Shown: piece by piece, positions 18,596 to 27,422 of the stretch
Layout of the letters: the number at the start of each line of letters is the position of its first letter
Position numbering within the stretch: the first letter of the stretch is position 1
DNA from: a virus
Length of the DNA: 64,000 bases
IMG/VR virus record: IMGVR_UViG_3300025941_000016
Span: 1-64,000 of that record
Direction: 5' to 3' (one strand)
The notes under the pieces: model-generated
The model's database searches: none
Told to the model about the DNA's origin: nothing
What the model saw: only the letters and a program-made list of their open reading frames with translations
Position numbers and translations under genes: made by a program

Positions 18596-18894
18596 CCAGC
18601 GCCAACGTCGAGGCCGCGAAGGCGATCCGCGCCGAGGTTCGCGCACTCGCGAAGACCGATGAGCGGCTGGCCGGCACGAAGGTCAGCGTCACCGCCGGCT
18701 CCGCCTCCCTCATGTCCGAGGTGAAGGTGAGGGTCAGCGGCTACGGCGATGGGAACCAGCCTGCCCGATACGACAAGGCGGCTATCGCTCTTGCCCACGA
18801 CCTGTGGGCGATCGTCAACAAGCACTGGCAGGCGGACAGCCGGATGCGCTTCTCCGACGTCTGCATCAACGACATCAGCTTCTGGGGCATCTGA
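18592..18894 (+). CDS. Hypothetical protein (weakly LPD29-like)
   Basis: GAAAGGA RBS; AAKAIRAEV...GTKVSV pattern. Confidence 0.65.
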   Translation: MTSANVEAAKAIRAEVRALAKTDERLAGTKVSVTAGSASLMSEVKVRVSGYGDGNQPARYDKAAIALAHDLWAIVNKHWQADSRMRFSDVCINDISFWGI

Positions 18895-19286
18895 TGGCCG
18901 CCGACCCGCGCCGTAACCCGCCGCCCGGCTGGACCGTGCGCAAGTCCGGCTCCCTGCCGTCGATGTCTGGCTGGAGGGCGTACAACCCGGACGGCAAGTG
19001 GTCGACCCTGTTCCGGACTCGCCGTGAGGCCGTCGCCGACGCTTGGCAGACCGCCGACAGCGCCCTACACGCCCAGCTCGTCGCAGCGCTGCACGCGGCC
19101 GGCTGGAACCCGGACCACGACGACCTGATTGGGCCGCCCCGGATGGGTGTCTTCGAGATCAACACGATCCGAGTCATGGTCAGCGCGGACCATAGCCGCT
19201 GGGTTGTCCAAGGCAAGGACGGGAGTTTCCTCTACGACGGGTCGTCGCTCGACGAGGCGTCCAAGGCGGTCGTCGAAGCGTTCTGA
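18894..19286 (+). CDS. Hypothetical protein
   Basis: TGATG coupling. Confidence 0.65.
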   Translation: MAADPRRNPPPGWTVRKSGSLPSMSGWRAYNPDGKWSTLFRTRREAVADAWQTADSALHAQLVAALHAAGWNPDHDDLIGPPRMGVFEINTIRVMVSADHSRWVVQGKDGSFLYDGSSLDEASKAVVEAF

Positions 19287-19618
19287 CCGACCTCTGACGG
19301 CTCGATGCCCCCGCCCTCCGCTGAAGATGTGGGGGCGTCGTCATTCCCGGGCCTGACCTTGGACGCTTCCCGCGGCATCGGACCGTCCAGGTAGTGGCGG
19401 ATCGCATCCCGGACCAGCAACTCCACCGGGCGGTCTTCGAGCACAGCCCGCGCTTCCAGCCGGCGCTCATCCCGCGGCGACACAGCCCGGTAGACCCGGA
19501 GAAGCCGGCGGATCGCTTCGGTCAGGTTCCCCGCCGGGCCGCGTTGCGCCCGGCGCATCGCCGCACGGAAGTCGCGTTCACCCATGCGGAACGTGCGGTT
19601 CGGCTCCCAACCGGCCAT
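19232..19618 (-). CDS. Ribbon-helix-helix DNA-binding protein (possibly tandem RHH)
   Basis: PNRTFRM...AAMRRA...NLTEAIRRLLRVY and second half VELLVRDAIRHYL. Confidence 0.6.
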   Translation of the reverse strand: MAGWEPNRTFRMGERDFRAAMRRAQRGPAGNLTEAIRRLLRVYRAVSPRDERRLEARAVLEDRPVELLVRDAIRHYLDGPMPREASKVRPGNDDAPTSSAEGGGIEPSEVGQNASTTALDASSSDDPS

Positions 19619-19625
19619 GCCACCC

Positions 19626-19658
19626 CCGCCATGTCGGCGCCATGTCGGCGACATGGCG
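19626..19658. promoter_or_regulatory. Putative RHH operator
   Basis: CGCCATGTCGG twice in tandem, then inverted CGACATGGCG, immediately upstream of the RHH start. Confidence 0.5.
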
Positions 19659-19896
19659 GATGACCAAGGAGTCTAGCTGGGAAAACGTAGAAACTACGGG
19701 GCTGCGGCGATTCGGACTTCCACCGAGGTGATTTCCCGGCTATTGTTGGGCGCGACAACCACATAGGTCAGGTCGGCGTGCCCGCTCCACCGGGTGCGCC
19801 CCGGACGCGGCAGCTCCCCTCGACGACTCCACTCGTCTACGGGCGCCACGTCCGGGACGGCTTGGTCAACCCCCTGAGCTAGCAGGAGGTCCACCC

Positions 19897-20586
19897 GTGC
19901 CGACAATGGCACAGGGCGTGCTCGAACGCGCGCCGACACATGATGTTGCGCCCGGAGTGGGCGGCAGGCGATCGGCCAGAGTGCCGCTCACCTACAGCAC
20001 GCTCGCGCCCCACGCCGACAAGTTCCACTCGAAGATCGATCGGACGTCGGAGCCCGGCCACTGGATCTGGACCGGCGGCTACACCTACCGGCGCCGCGCC
20101 GGATTCTGGTACGGCAGACGTGACGTCTGCCTAGCCGCACACGCCTCACTTGTCCTCGCAACCAAGCGGGATCGGCCAGCGGGCACACTCGCCCGCCACC
20201 TGTGCGAGATGACAGACTGCGTCCACCCCGAGCACTGGGCCTGGGCATGCGACGAACCCGCCGCGGGCCCAGAGCCAAGCGGACTGGTCCGGCAGGGCGG
20301 CGACCTCGACTGGCAGAACGACGCCGCCTGCCGGGACGCCCCCGACCCGAACATCTTCTACCCGGACCCGCTTCCTCAGCGCGCCTCCCACGAACAGCGT
20401 GTGGCCTTCCGCAAGCGCCAGGAAGAGGCGCTGTCCTACTGCGCCCGATGCGCTGTGCGGGAGAAGTGCGGGCCGTACGCCCTTGAGGTTTCCGGCGGCT
20501 ACGGCATCTGGGCGTCGATGCCAGAGAAGACGCTGGCAACGGTCGTCGAGCAGCGCACCGCAGTCCGACGGGCGGTAGTCGCGTGA
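19897..20586 (+). CDS. WhiB-family Fe-S transcription factor fused to a degenerate HNH domain
   Basis: WQNDAAC...IFYP...CARCAVREKC..YAL...GIW; N-terminal HWIWTG...RHLCEMTDCVHPEH; GGAGGT RBS. Confidence 0.8.
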   Translation: MPTMAQGVLERAPTHDVAPGVGGRRSARVPLTYSTLAPHADKFHSKIDRTSEPGHWIWTGGYTYRRRAGFWYGRRDVCLAAHASLVLATKRDRPAGTLARHLCEMTDCVHPEHWAWACDEPAAGPEPSGLVRQGGDLDWQNDAACRDAPDPNIFYPDPLPQRASHEQRVAFRKRQEEALSYCARCAVREKCGPYALEVSGGYGIWASMPEKTLATVVEQRTAVRRAVVA

Positions 20587-20680
20587 CCACCACAAGCAGC
20601 CTCGTCTGTGACCACTGCGGGTCGATTCAACACCCAACCGGTGCCTGTCCGCTTCCCCGTAGCCCGGAGGACCGGCGCCG

Positions 20681-20923
20681 ATGAGAACCAGCCTCCCGGT
20701 CACCTTCGTGCGGAGGCCGCTGATCCCGATCGGTGTGGGCGTCTTCGTTCTCATCGGCTTCGGCTGGCACGCCGCCTGTCTGACATTCGCCGCCGCTCAG
20801 GCCACCCTTGCGGCCATCGAACTGATCCTCAACGCCACAGGCCGGCTCGCCCCGCAGTGGGCTTGGCCTACATGGGCCCTCACCGTGTCGATCTACATTC
20901 TGATTTCTCCACTGTGGAGCTGA
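20681..20923 (+). CDS. Small membrane protein
   Basis: Two or three hydrophobic segments; GGAGG RBS. Confidence 0.6.
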   Translation: MRTSLPVTFVRRPLIPIGVGVFVLIGFGWHAACLTFAAAQATLAAIELILNATGRLAPQWAWPTWALTVSIYILISPLWS

Positions 20924-20928
20924 CCATC

Positions 20929-21441
20929 ATGCATCCCGTCCTCGCCGCCACCGAGGCGGCAGCAACCCCCATTCACATCACCGGTGCCGACACGGCAACT
21001 GGCACCGCCGCGCTGGTCCTCGCTGGCATCCTGATCTGGCGGACCTGGACCCCCCGATTCCGGCACCTTCTGTTTCTCGTCGCCGGGGCCGCGCTCGCCG
21101 GACCACTACTCGGCTCCTACGTGTCCAAGCTAACCGGAACGGCCCCCGACTGGCTGCCAGTCTGGACGTTCGGCCTGGTCGCAACCGTGTTCCTGCTGGT
21201 CGAACTATTCCCCCACCAGCAGCATCGGTCCAGCCTGATGTCGAAGGTGAAAACACTGCACCACGGCCACTGGGTTCGCCGCGGTCAGGCCGAAGGGCTG
21301 ACGACCCACGCGGTCGCGTTCGTCTGGCCGCTGCTTGCGGCAACACTGCCGGGCGCGCTTGGCCGGGGAGCGCCGAAGGTCGCGAACACGCTCGCAGTCA
21401 TGCCGCTGACGCTGATCCACTCCCTGCTGGGGGTGTCCTGA
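20929..21441 (+). CDS. Multi-pass membrane protein
   Basis: Three or four TM segments; coupled to the downstream gene. Confidence 0.7.
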   Translation: MHPVLAATEAAATPIHITGADTATGTAALVLAGILIWRTWTPRFRHLLFLVAGAALAGPLLGSYVSKLTGTAPDWLPVWTFGLVATVFLLVELFPHQQHRSSLMSKVKTLHHGHWVRRGQAEGLTTHAVAFVWPLLAATLPGALGRGAPKVANTLAVMPLTLIHSLLGVS

Positions 21442-22763
21442 TGCCCCGCATCCCGTGGCCCGTCCGCCGCGAGGGCCGGAGTTTGGCCGAGGTCCGCGCC
21501 GACCTGGAAACCCGCCAGGTTGTGCTCGACGCGGCGCTCGAACGGGACATCACCGCGCTGAAGGCGCAGGGACGCCGCGAGGCGGTCCTCGCCGAGGTCC
21601 ACGAGGCAGAGGACATTGCCCGCTGGGCGCGCCACGACCGCCGGTCGGCCCGCAGGTACGCCCGACGGTCCGCCCGCGTTGCCCCAACAGTGTCGGGTGC
21701 GGTCTACGCGATGGCCGTGGGGACCGCGGTCGGCGGCCAGGTCTCAACGGCGATCGACGTGCTCCACTGGCCGGTGTACGGCGGCGTCGGCATGTCCGTG
21801 TTCGTTGAAGGGTTCACCCTGTCGATGGCGCTGACCGCCCGGGATCAGCGGCTGGCCGGTGAGCGGGCGGTCGCCCCCCGGATGTTGACGTGGATCGGTG
21901 CCGGGTTCGCGTCGGCGGTCAACGCCTACGCCCACTCGAACGACCCGCTGGCCGCGGTTCTGCTCGGCGCCGCCTCACTGGTCGGCATCACCGTGTGGGA
22001 AATCCGCTCGGGTCTCCCGCTGCGGAAGGCGCTGCGGGAGAAGGGGCTGATTTCCGAAACCCGCCCCCGTCTGGGGGTGGCCTATTCGGCGCGCTTCCCG
22101 GTTCGCGCTTTCGACGCTTTCTCGGCGTCGATTGCCGACCCGGCGGTGTCGACCCGGGACGAGGCGATCGACGCGGGTGGGATCCGCCGGGCTCGTCGCC
22201 GTCCGATCCGCCTGCGCGGACGGTGGACGGTGTGGGGCTGGTGGCGGACGGACGGACCTGCGGACGGACGGACGGACGATCAACGGGCGGCGGACGGTGA
22301 GACGGTGGCGGCTGGCATGCAACCGACCCTCGGATCACGGACGGACGGACCGCAGCAGCCCCCATGGGCGGACGAAGCCGCAACCGCGGACGGTCCGGTG
22401 GACGCCAGAGTGGACGGCGTGGGCCAGGTGGACGGACCGGCCGGTGGGGCTGGGGACGGACGGACCGCCGACAGCGGTGGACAGACGGACCGTCCAGTCG
22501 GCGGGGACCGTCCGTCCGCGGGCAGGACGGTGGACCGGTCCAAGCCGCGGGACTACCTCGCCGAGGTTCGCCCGGTGTACCGGCACATGGTTGTCAGCGG
22601 CGCGCGGATCACCCGGGATGCGCTGGGAGGCGAACTTCGGGCCCGGGGTATCTCGGTGCCGAACGCGCAGATAGGCGAGGTGATGCGAACCCTGCGGGCC
22701 GAGATGCCACCTGGTTCGGTGCAGCCAGAGACGTCCCCCGAGGCCGCCGAGGTGACCTCGTGA
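21441..22763 (+). CDS. DUF2637 / SpdA-like membrane protein with a C-terminal helical DNA-binding-like domain
   Basis: Four-TM core (W...SVFVEG...RMLTW...SAVNAYAH...VWE), low-complexity linker, C-terminal ITRDALGGELRARGISV. Confidence 0.7.
   Translation: MPRIPWPVRREGRSLAEVRADLETRQVVLDAALERDITALKAQGRREAVLAEVHEAEDIARWARHDRRSARRYARRSARVAPTVSGAVYAMAVGTAVGGQVSTAIDVLHWPVYGGVGMSVFVEGFTLSMALTARDQRLAGERAVAPRMLTWIGAGFASAVNAYAHSNDPLAAVLLGAASLVGITVWEIRSGLPLRKALREKGLISETRPRLGVAYSARFPVRAFDAFSASIADPAVSTRDEAIDAGGIRRARRRPIRLRGRWTVWGWWRTDGPADGRTDDQRAADGETVAAGMQPTLGSRTDGPQQPPWADEAATADGPVDARVDGVGQVDGPAGGAGDGRTADSGGQTDRPVGGDRPSAGRTVDRSKPRDYLAEVRPVYRHMVVSGARITRDALGGELRARGISVPNAQIGEVMRTLRAEMPPGSVQPETSPEAAEVTS
22217..22535 (+). 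repeat. Polarised GGACG(G) repeat cluster
   Basis: About 19 GGACG copies by hand count, including (GGAC)n runs. Confidence 0.75.
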
Positions 22764-23026
22764 CCGGGACTGTGGGTCGCGGTGCGCAGCGTCGTACCGC
22801 TGCCCACAGGACCCGTCAGACCCGGCTCAAAGCGCGGGCGAAGGCGGCGCGGAGATCACCCCTCGCTCAGATGTCGGCTGGCTTCGACTTTGTCCGAGCG
22901 GTCGTGGCCCGGTTGCCGGCCAACGAGGCTCAGGGGGCCGCCAACGAGTTCATGCAGTTCGCTGTTCCGTTCGCCGAACGACTCGCGCAGGGGGTGGAAA
23001 TCCACGATGACGATCACAGCCAGTGA
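22760..23026 (+). CDS. Hypothetical protein
   Basis: GTGA coupling. Confidence 0.6.
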   Translation: MTGTVGRGAQRRTAAHRTRQTRLKARAKAARRSPLAQMSAGFDFVRAVVARLPANEAQGAANEFMQFAVPFAERLAQGVEIHDDDHSQ

Positions 23027-23633
23027 CGAAACGGGGAAGATCGAGATCCCCTCTCGGGGGGCCTCCCCTGCGGCGCCGCCAGCCGAGGAAACGGACCAAA
23101 TGCGCGCCCGCGCGCATGCGAGGACCGCAGCCTACCCCATCCGGTGGGGGAGGGGGGCGGCCAGACTGATCGCCATCACGGTCAGTGACTACCGGCCGGT
23201 GTGGGAGGCCACCCCCATCCCTCTCGGAGAGGTCTGGGGATGGGCCCGCGCGGGCATGTGGACCGGCCACGAATCCAAAGCCCTGCGGGGGGTGTACGCC
23301 GCCTACGCGGCCGTCATCGCCGTGCCCGCCTCCGCGGTCGCCTACTGGGCGACCGGCGAACTGATGAAGGTCAGCGGCCTGGACGAACCCGACGACCCGG
23401 AAGGGTCGGGATGGAGCCCGGCACCCCCGCCGCCGGTCGCCGAACTGTGGTGGCGGATGCGCGCCGACGTCGAAGCGGCCGAGGTTCGCCCCTGGGCGGT
23501 GGCTCTCACGGAAGGCTCCGCGGTGATCGCATCCGGGGTGCTGCTGGCCGGCGCGTGGATGGCCCAGCGACTCGGACGGGTCGCAACAGTCCTCGCGATT
23601 GTCGGGACTGTTGCCCTATGCCGGTGGCGGTGA
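23007..23633 (+). CDS. Membrane protein
   Basis: Several TM segments; internal duplication-like P.P...E.W motif. Confidence 0.7.
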   Translation: MTITASDETGKIEIPSRGASPAAPPAEETDQMRARAHARTAAYPIRWGRGAARLIAITVSDYRPVWEATPIPLGEVWGWARAGMWTGHESKALRGVYAAYAAVIAVPASAVAYWATGELMKVSGLDEPDDPEGSGWSPAPPPPVAELWWRMRADVEAAEVRPWAVALTEGSAVIASGVLLAGAWMAQRLGRVATVLAIVGTVALCRWR

Positions 23634-23636
23634 CCC

Positions 23637-24569
23637 ATGGAACTTCTGATCATCCTGTGGCTCACCCACGCGATCATCGTCTCGGTTCGCGAAGGCGTCA
23701 TCACCACCACCGCCCTGATCCGTAAGCAGCCGGTGCCCGCGCGCCGTGCGGAAGATGGCTGGCTGCGGACGATCGGACGGACGATGGCCCGCGGGTTTGT
23801 GGACGACTTGGCCGCCAAGCGGGCTGCGGGCGCCGAACTGCGGACGAAGAAGCGGACCGCCCGCCAGAGGCGGCGGACGGACCGGTGGGAGGCGCGGCAG
23901 GCGAAGCGCCGTCCGTCCGGTGCGGTCGATCTTGACGAGCGGATTCCGGACTGGGCCCGCGGACGGACGGACGATCGGCGGCCGGACGGACTGGCCACTC
24001 CCCCCACCGAAGATCGTCCGTCAGTGGCACAGGACGAAGATCGTCTGTCCGGGCCTACGGCGAACATCGACCCGGCCGCGCCCGACAAAGATCGTCCTCC
24101 CACTGGTCCGGATGCACCCCCGCCGGACCAGCCGTCCACCAGCGAACCCGGCCGCCCGTCGCTCCGGCTCGTTCCACCACTCCCCGACATTCTGGAGGCA
24201 ATGCCCGACATGACCACACCGACAATGCCGACCGGGGAAATCCCCACCATTCCCCAGCTCGCCGGTTTTCTCACCGACCTGGAAACCCATTTGATGTCGC
24301 TACGCGGCGCCGCCGTCAACGCGCTGCGTGTGCTGACATCGCCAGCCGAAAGCGGCGGCCACGGTGTCACCGACACGACACTGACAGGTCTGCTCAACCA
24401 GATCGTCCAAAGCCTCGACGGCGCGAAGGCGACCTGCCCCACAGCCCGCACGGCCCTCCAACCCCACATCGCCGCCGCGAACGCCCTGCACGGCGCCCGC
24501 GGTGCCGGTACCCGTACCGCGTCCTACACGGGCGTTCCCGCCCCCGCCCCCGAGCCGGCTGGAGTCTGA
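23637..24569 (+). CDS. Membrane-anchored protein with a Pro-rich linker
   Basis: N-terminal MELLIILWL hydrophobic anchor; helical C-terminal domain. Confidence 0.7.
   Translation: MELLIILWLTHAIIVSVREGVITTTALIRKQPVPARRAEDGWLRTIGRTMARGFVDDLAAKRAAGAELRTKKRTARQRRRTDRWEARQAKRRPSGAVDLDERIPDWARGRTDDRRPDGLATPPTEDRPSVAQDEDRLSGPTANIDPAAPDKDRPPTGPDAPPPDQPSTSEPGRPSLRLVPPLPDILEAMPDMTTPTMPTGEIPTIPQLAGFLTDLETHLMSLRGAAVNALRVLTSPAESGGHGVTDTTLTGLLNQIVQSLDGAKATCPTARTALQPHIAAANALHGARGAGTRTASYTGVPAPAPEPAGV
23766..24097 (+). repeat. Second GGACG cluster plus AAGATCGTC x3
   Basis: About 10 GGACG copies in 23766-23990; AAGATCGTC near 24010, 24037, 24088. Confidence 0.6.
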
Positions 24570-24648
24570 CCGCCGCCGTGCATCCCCGTGCACCGCGCCC
24601 GGGGGTGTGCGGCGGCAGCCAGATTGCAGGAAGAACGAGGAGACTCCG

Positions 24649-26604
24649 ATGCCGAAGAGCGTCAAGCCGGCGGACATCGACCATCTGCTGGCCGAGACCA
24701 GTCGGCCGGCTGCGGCGAGCAGCACGACCGGCGACAGCGCCGAGGTCGACGCCGGGGTGGCGGACAGCGCTGTCCGAGAGGGAACTGTCCTGCTTCGCCG
24801 CCAGCTTGTGCCGTTCGAGGTTGCGGCCTGTCTGGCGACCGCGGGCGCCGCTGCCCACCACGGCCTCGAAGAGCAGGCCGTCGGCTGCTGGTTCGCGCTT
24901 GGCGCCTTCTGCTGGATCGTGGCGTCGTGGCGTGCAGAGGAACCGGCGGACCGGTCGTGGCGGCGACGCTGGACGACGATCGTCACCGCCTGCGGCACAG
25001 CTTGGCTTGGCCTTGCCGGCCAGGTCGGCCTGTCCGATGTGACGATGGCCGGGCTGGCGGCCGGCACAGTGGTACTGGCCATCCCGTTCTGGACTCGCCG
25101 CAACGGCGACACGGAGCCAGAAGTCGCCGTGGAGCCCGAGCCCGTCGCCGAACCTGAGCCTGCACCCGCCGTCACAGCCGCGACGGACCCGATCGTCGAG
25201 AAGTGGAAGCGGACCGTTGCCGCCGACGGTGGTCCGCTGGCCGGCTCCTACCTCGCTGACCGGGAAGATCTGCCGGGCGGTGTCCGCCGGTACACGATCT
25301 ACCTAATCCCCGGGAGGCAGGTAACGGCGGATGCGACCCACGCCGTGGTGGCTGTTGCCTCCGCGTTCGGCGCGTCGCTCGCCAATCTCACGATCCGCCC
25401 GCCGGACGACGGGGCGCAGGACCGTGCGGTGCTTGTCATCGCCCCACCAAAGGCAAACCCGCTGGCGAAAATCCAGGCCCATGCCGGCTGGGGGAAGTCC
25501 TTCGACCCGCAAACCGGGACGATCGAAGCTGGACGCTACGCCGACGGGGCGGTCGGCCGGTGGGCTGTGCACCGGCCGGGAGACGGTGCTGTCTCTGGGT
25601 TTGTCTGCGGGGAAACACGGATCGGCAAGTCAACGTTCGTCAAGATGATCGGGTTGGAGGCGGCGCATCTCGGCTGGGCTTCTGTCTGGCCAGGCTGCCC
25701 CCGCGGGGGCGCTTCGTTCCCACAGCTTCTCGACGGATCTCCGTTCCCGGCCCGCTCGCGGGCGCGAATACTCGCCCAGGCGCGGGCCGTGTTGCGACTC
25801 ATGGATGTGCGCGCCGCGATGATGGGCCTGCGTGGCGAAGAGGTCCACACGCCCACATCGACGTCGCCGATGGTGTTGCTCATCTGGGACGAGGTCCACC
25901 GTCTCTTTCAACTCCCATGGGATGGCCCATCTGGCCAGTCCGGACAGTTGGAGATCCTCGCCGCTGCCGCGCAGATCGTCCAGGAAGGCGCCAAGTTCTC
26001 GGTCGGCCTGATCGCCGTCGACCAGCAGGCCGGCGCCGAGGTGTTCGCAGGCAACGATGCGCTGGCATCGAACCTGATGCGGCAGATCATGGCGTTCCGC
26101 ACCGCATCGAGCCGTTCGACGACGTCGCTACCCGGCGTGGGCATCGATCTGCGGTCCCTGCCGGAAAAGTGGTCCGACGGGTCGCTGGCCAAGGGACTCG
26201 GGATCTTGACCTCCGGCCAGGTTGGCGGTCAGTTGCGCACCGTGCTTCCCGACTTCACCTCGGTGTCGATGGCCGACCTGTCGCATCCGACGTTCGAACC
26301 GTGGGAGGTCGCGGCGATGGACGGCGACGACGGGCTGTGGACGAAACGCCATGTGGCGGCCGAGGCCGAGAGGGTTGGCAACGCGGCGAGGTCGCTGGAG
26401 GGCCTGTCCGACTCGGTGCTGGACGCGATGGCCGCATCCGACCCGGAAGTGGCACGGGCGGTCGAGGTGGCCAAGGCTCGGCGCGGGCGGGCTACTGCCC
26501 CGGCTGCTGCGTCGGATTCGGTGTCTGCCCGCTGGTGGGATCTGGGTATGCCCCCCGCGGGGCTTCTGGTTCCCGCTCCGATCCCGGCGAGGCAGTCGGC
26601 ATGA
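24649..26604 (+). CDS. FtsK/SpoIIIE-family ATPase, TraB-like DNA translocase
   Basis: N-terminal TM helices; Walker A GETRIGKS; Walker B LLIWDEVH; GAKFSVGLIAVDQ; GAGGAG RBS. Confidence 0.8.
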   Translation: MPKSVKPADIDHLLAETSRPAAASSTTGDSAEVDAGVADSAVREGTVLLRRQLVPFEVAACLATAGAAAHHGLEEQAVGCWFALGAFCWIVASWRAEEPADRSWRRRWTTIVTACGTAWLGLAGQVGLSDVTMAGLAAGTVVLAIPFWTRRNGDTEPEVAVEPEPVAEPEPAPAVTAATDPIVEKWKRTVAADGGPLAGSYLADREDLPGGVRRYTIYLIPGRQVTADATHAVVAVASAFGASLANLTIRPPDDGAQDRAVLVIAPPKANPLAKIQAHAGWGKSFDPQTGTIEAGRYADGAVGRWAVHRPGDGAVSGFVCGETRIGKSTFVKMIGLEAAHLGWASVWPGCPRGGASFPQLLDGSPFPARSRARILAQARAVLRLMDVRAAMMGLRGEEVHTPTSTSPMVLLIWDEVHRLFQLPWDGPSGQSGQLEILAAAAQIVQEGAKFSVGLIAVDQQAGAEVFAGNDALASNLMRQIMAFRTASSRSTTSLPGVGIDLRSLPEKWSDGSLAKGLGILTSGQVGGQLRTVLPDFTSVSMADLSHPTFEPWEVAAMDGDDGLWTKRHVAAEAERVGNAARSLEGLSDSVLDAMAASDPEVARAVEVAKARRGRATAPAAASDSVSARWWDLGMPPAGLLVPAPIPARQSA

Positions 26605-26609
26605 GCCGG

Positions 26610-26810
26610 TCAGGGTTCGTCGGCGGTCTCGGTCGTCTCTGGCATTGGGTCGAGCCGGCCGGCGGCGTATGCGGCGAGCCAGCCCGTGATGACGCTGTTC
26701 AGGGAGCCGTGGCTGTCTGCTTCGGCGCGGAGCTGGGCGGCTTCCCAGATGTGGACCGGGGGTCGGATGGTGCGGCCTCGCTGCCGATGGTAGTCGTCGC
26801 CTCTGACCAT
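26610..26810 (-). CDS. Ribbon-helix-helix repressor, probably leaderless
   Basis: RGRTIRPP..IWEAAQLRA...SLNSVITGWLAAY; TATGCT -10 lies 6 nt before the ATG. Confidence 0.7.
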   Translation of the reverse strand: MVRGDDYHRQRGRTIRPPVHIWEAAQLRAEADSHGSLNSVITGWLAAYAAGRLDPMPETTETADEP

Positions 26811-26825
26811 GAGTCGAGCATACCG

Positions 26826-26926
26826 GTGTGGATGTCCATGCCGGTAGGTGGTGTCTCTACCTGGCCTCAAAGTGGTGGAACAAAAAAATGGCGTTGCGTG
26901 TGGACGTCCATACCGGTTAGTATGGT
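26826..26926. promoter_or_regulatory. Divergent promoters with a duplicated 20-bp operator
   Basis: GTGTGGATGTCCATGCCGGT (26826) and GTGTGGACGTCCATACCGGT (26898), 18/20 identical; TTGCGT-18 bp-TAGTAT promoter. Confidence 0.65.
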
Positions 26927-26956
26927 GACACTGAAAAGCGAACGTTAGGCGTAGCG

Positions 26957-27133
26957 ATGCAGACGACAGACCGCACCACCGACCAGATCGCCGCCGACAT
27001 CACCGACTGGGGCGCCCTCAACATCGACGCCGAAGAGATGGGCAAACTTCTGATCCTGGTCCTTCGAGCGATCGACCGGGGTGCGAGCCTCGCCGAGATC
27101 CGCGCCATCATCGACGACGGAACGTCGGCCTGA
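26957..27133 (+). CDS. Hypothetical protein (58 aa, not in the ORF track)
   Basis: MQTTDRTTDQIAADITDW...; first gene after the promoter. Confidence 0.55.
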   Translation: MQTTDRTTDQIAADITDWGALNIDAEEMGKLLILVLRAIDRGASLAEIRAIIDDGTSA

Positions 27134-27146
27134 ACGGGAGAGCTGA

Positions 27147-27422
27147 ATGGCACGCAAAGGTCCGGTGACGATCCGGGAGTTCGCCGCAGCGCTGGCCGCG
27201 CTGCCGGCCGAAATCCAGGACGAGCCGCTGGTGGTCTTCGCGGATGTGGACGACGGGGAAGGGTTCACCCTTGCCCGCGCCGAAAAGGGCACGGGTCCGG
27301 TCGACCTGGTCCGCGGTGCGCTGACGTTGACGACGTTGCGGGGCTCCAGGGGCGAGTTTCGGGAGAACGCCACACCGGGGGACGGCGAGCGTTGGGGCGC
27401 CGCAGTCTGGGCGGCTTCCTGA
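27147..27422 (+). CDS. Hypothetical protein
   Basis: GGGAG RBS. Confidence 0.6.
   Translation: MARKGPVTIREFAAALAALPAEIQDEPLVVFADVDDGEGFTLARAEKGTGPVDLVRGALTLTTLRGSRGEFRENATPGDGERWGAAVWAAS

Noticed and set aside
24649-26604. Type VII secretion EccC or packaging ATPase
   Set aside because: It has a single ATPase domain, no WXG100 or EccB/D genes were recognised nearby, and it lies outside the structural operon; the Spd-like neighbours favour TraB, though this is unconfirmed.
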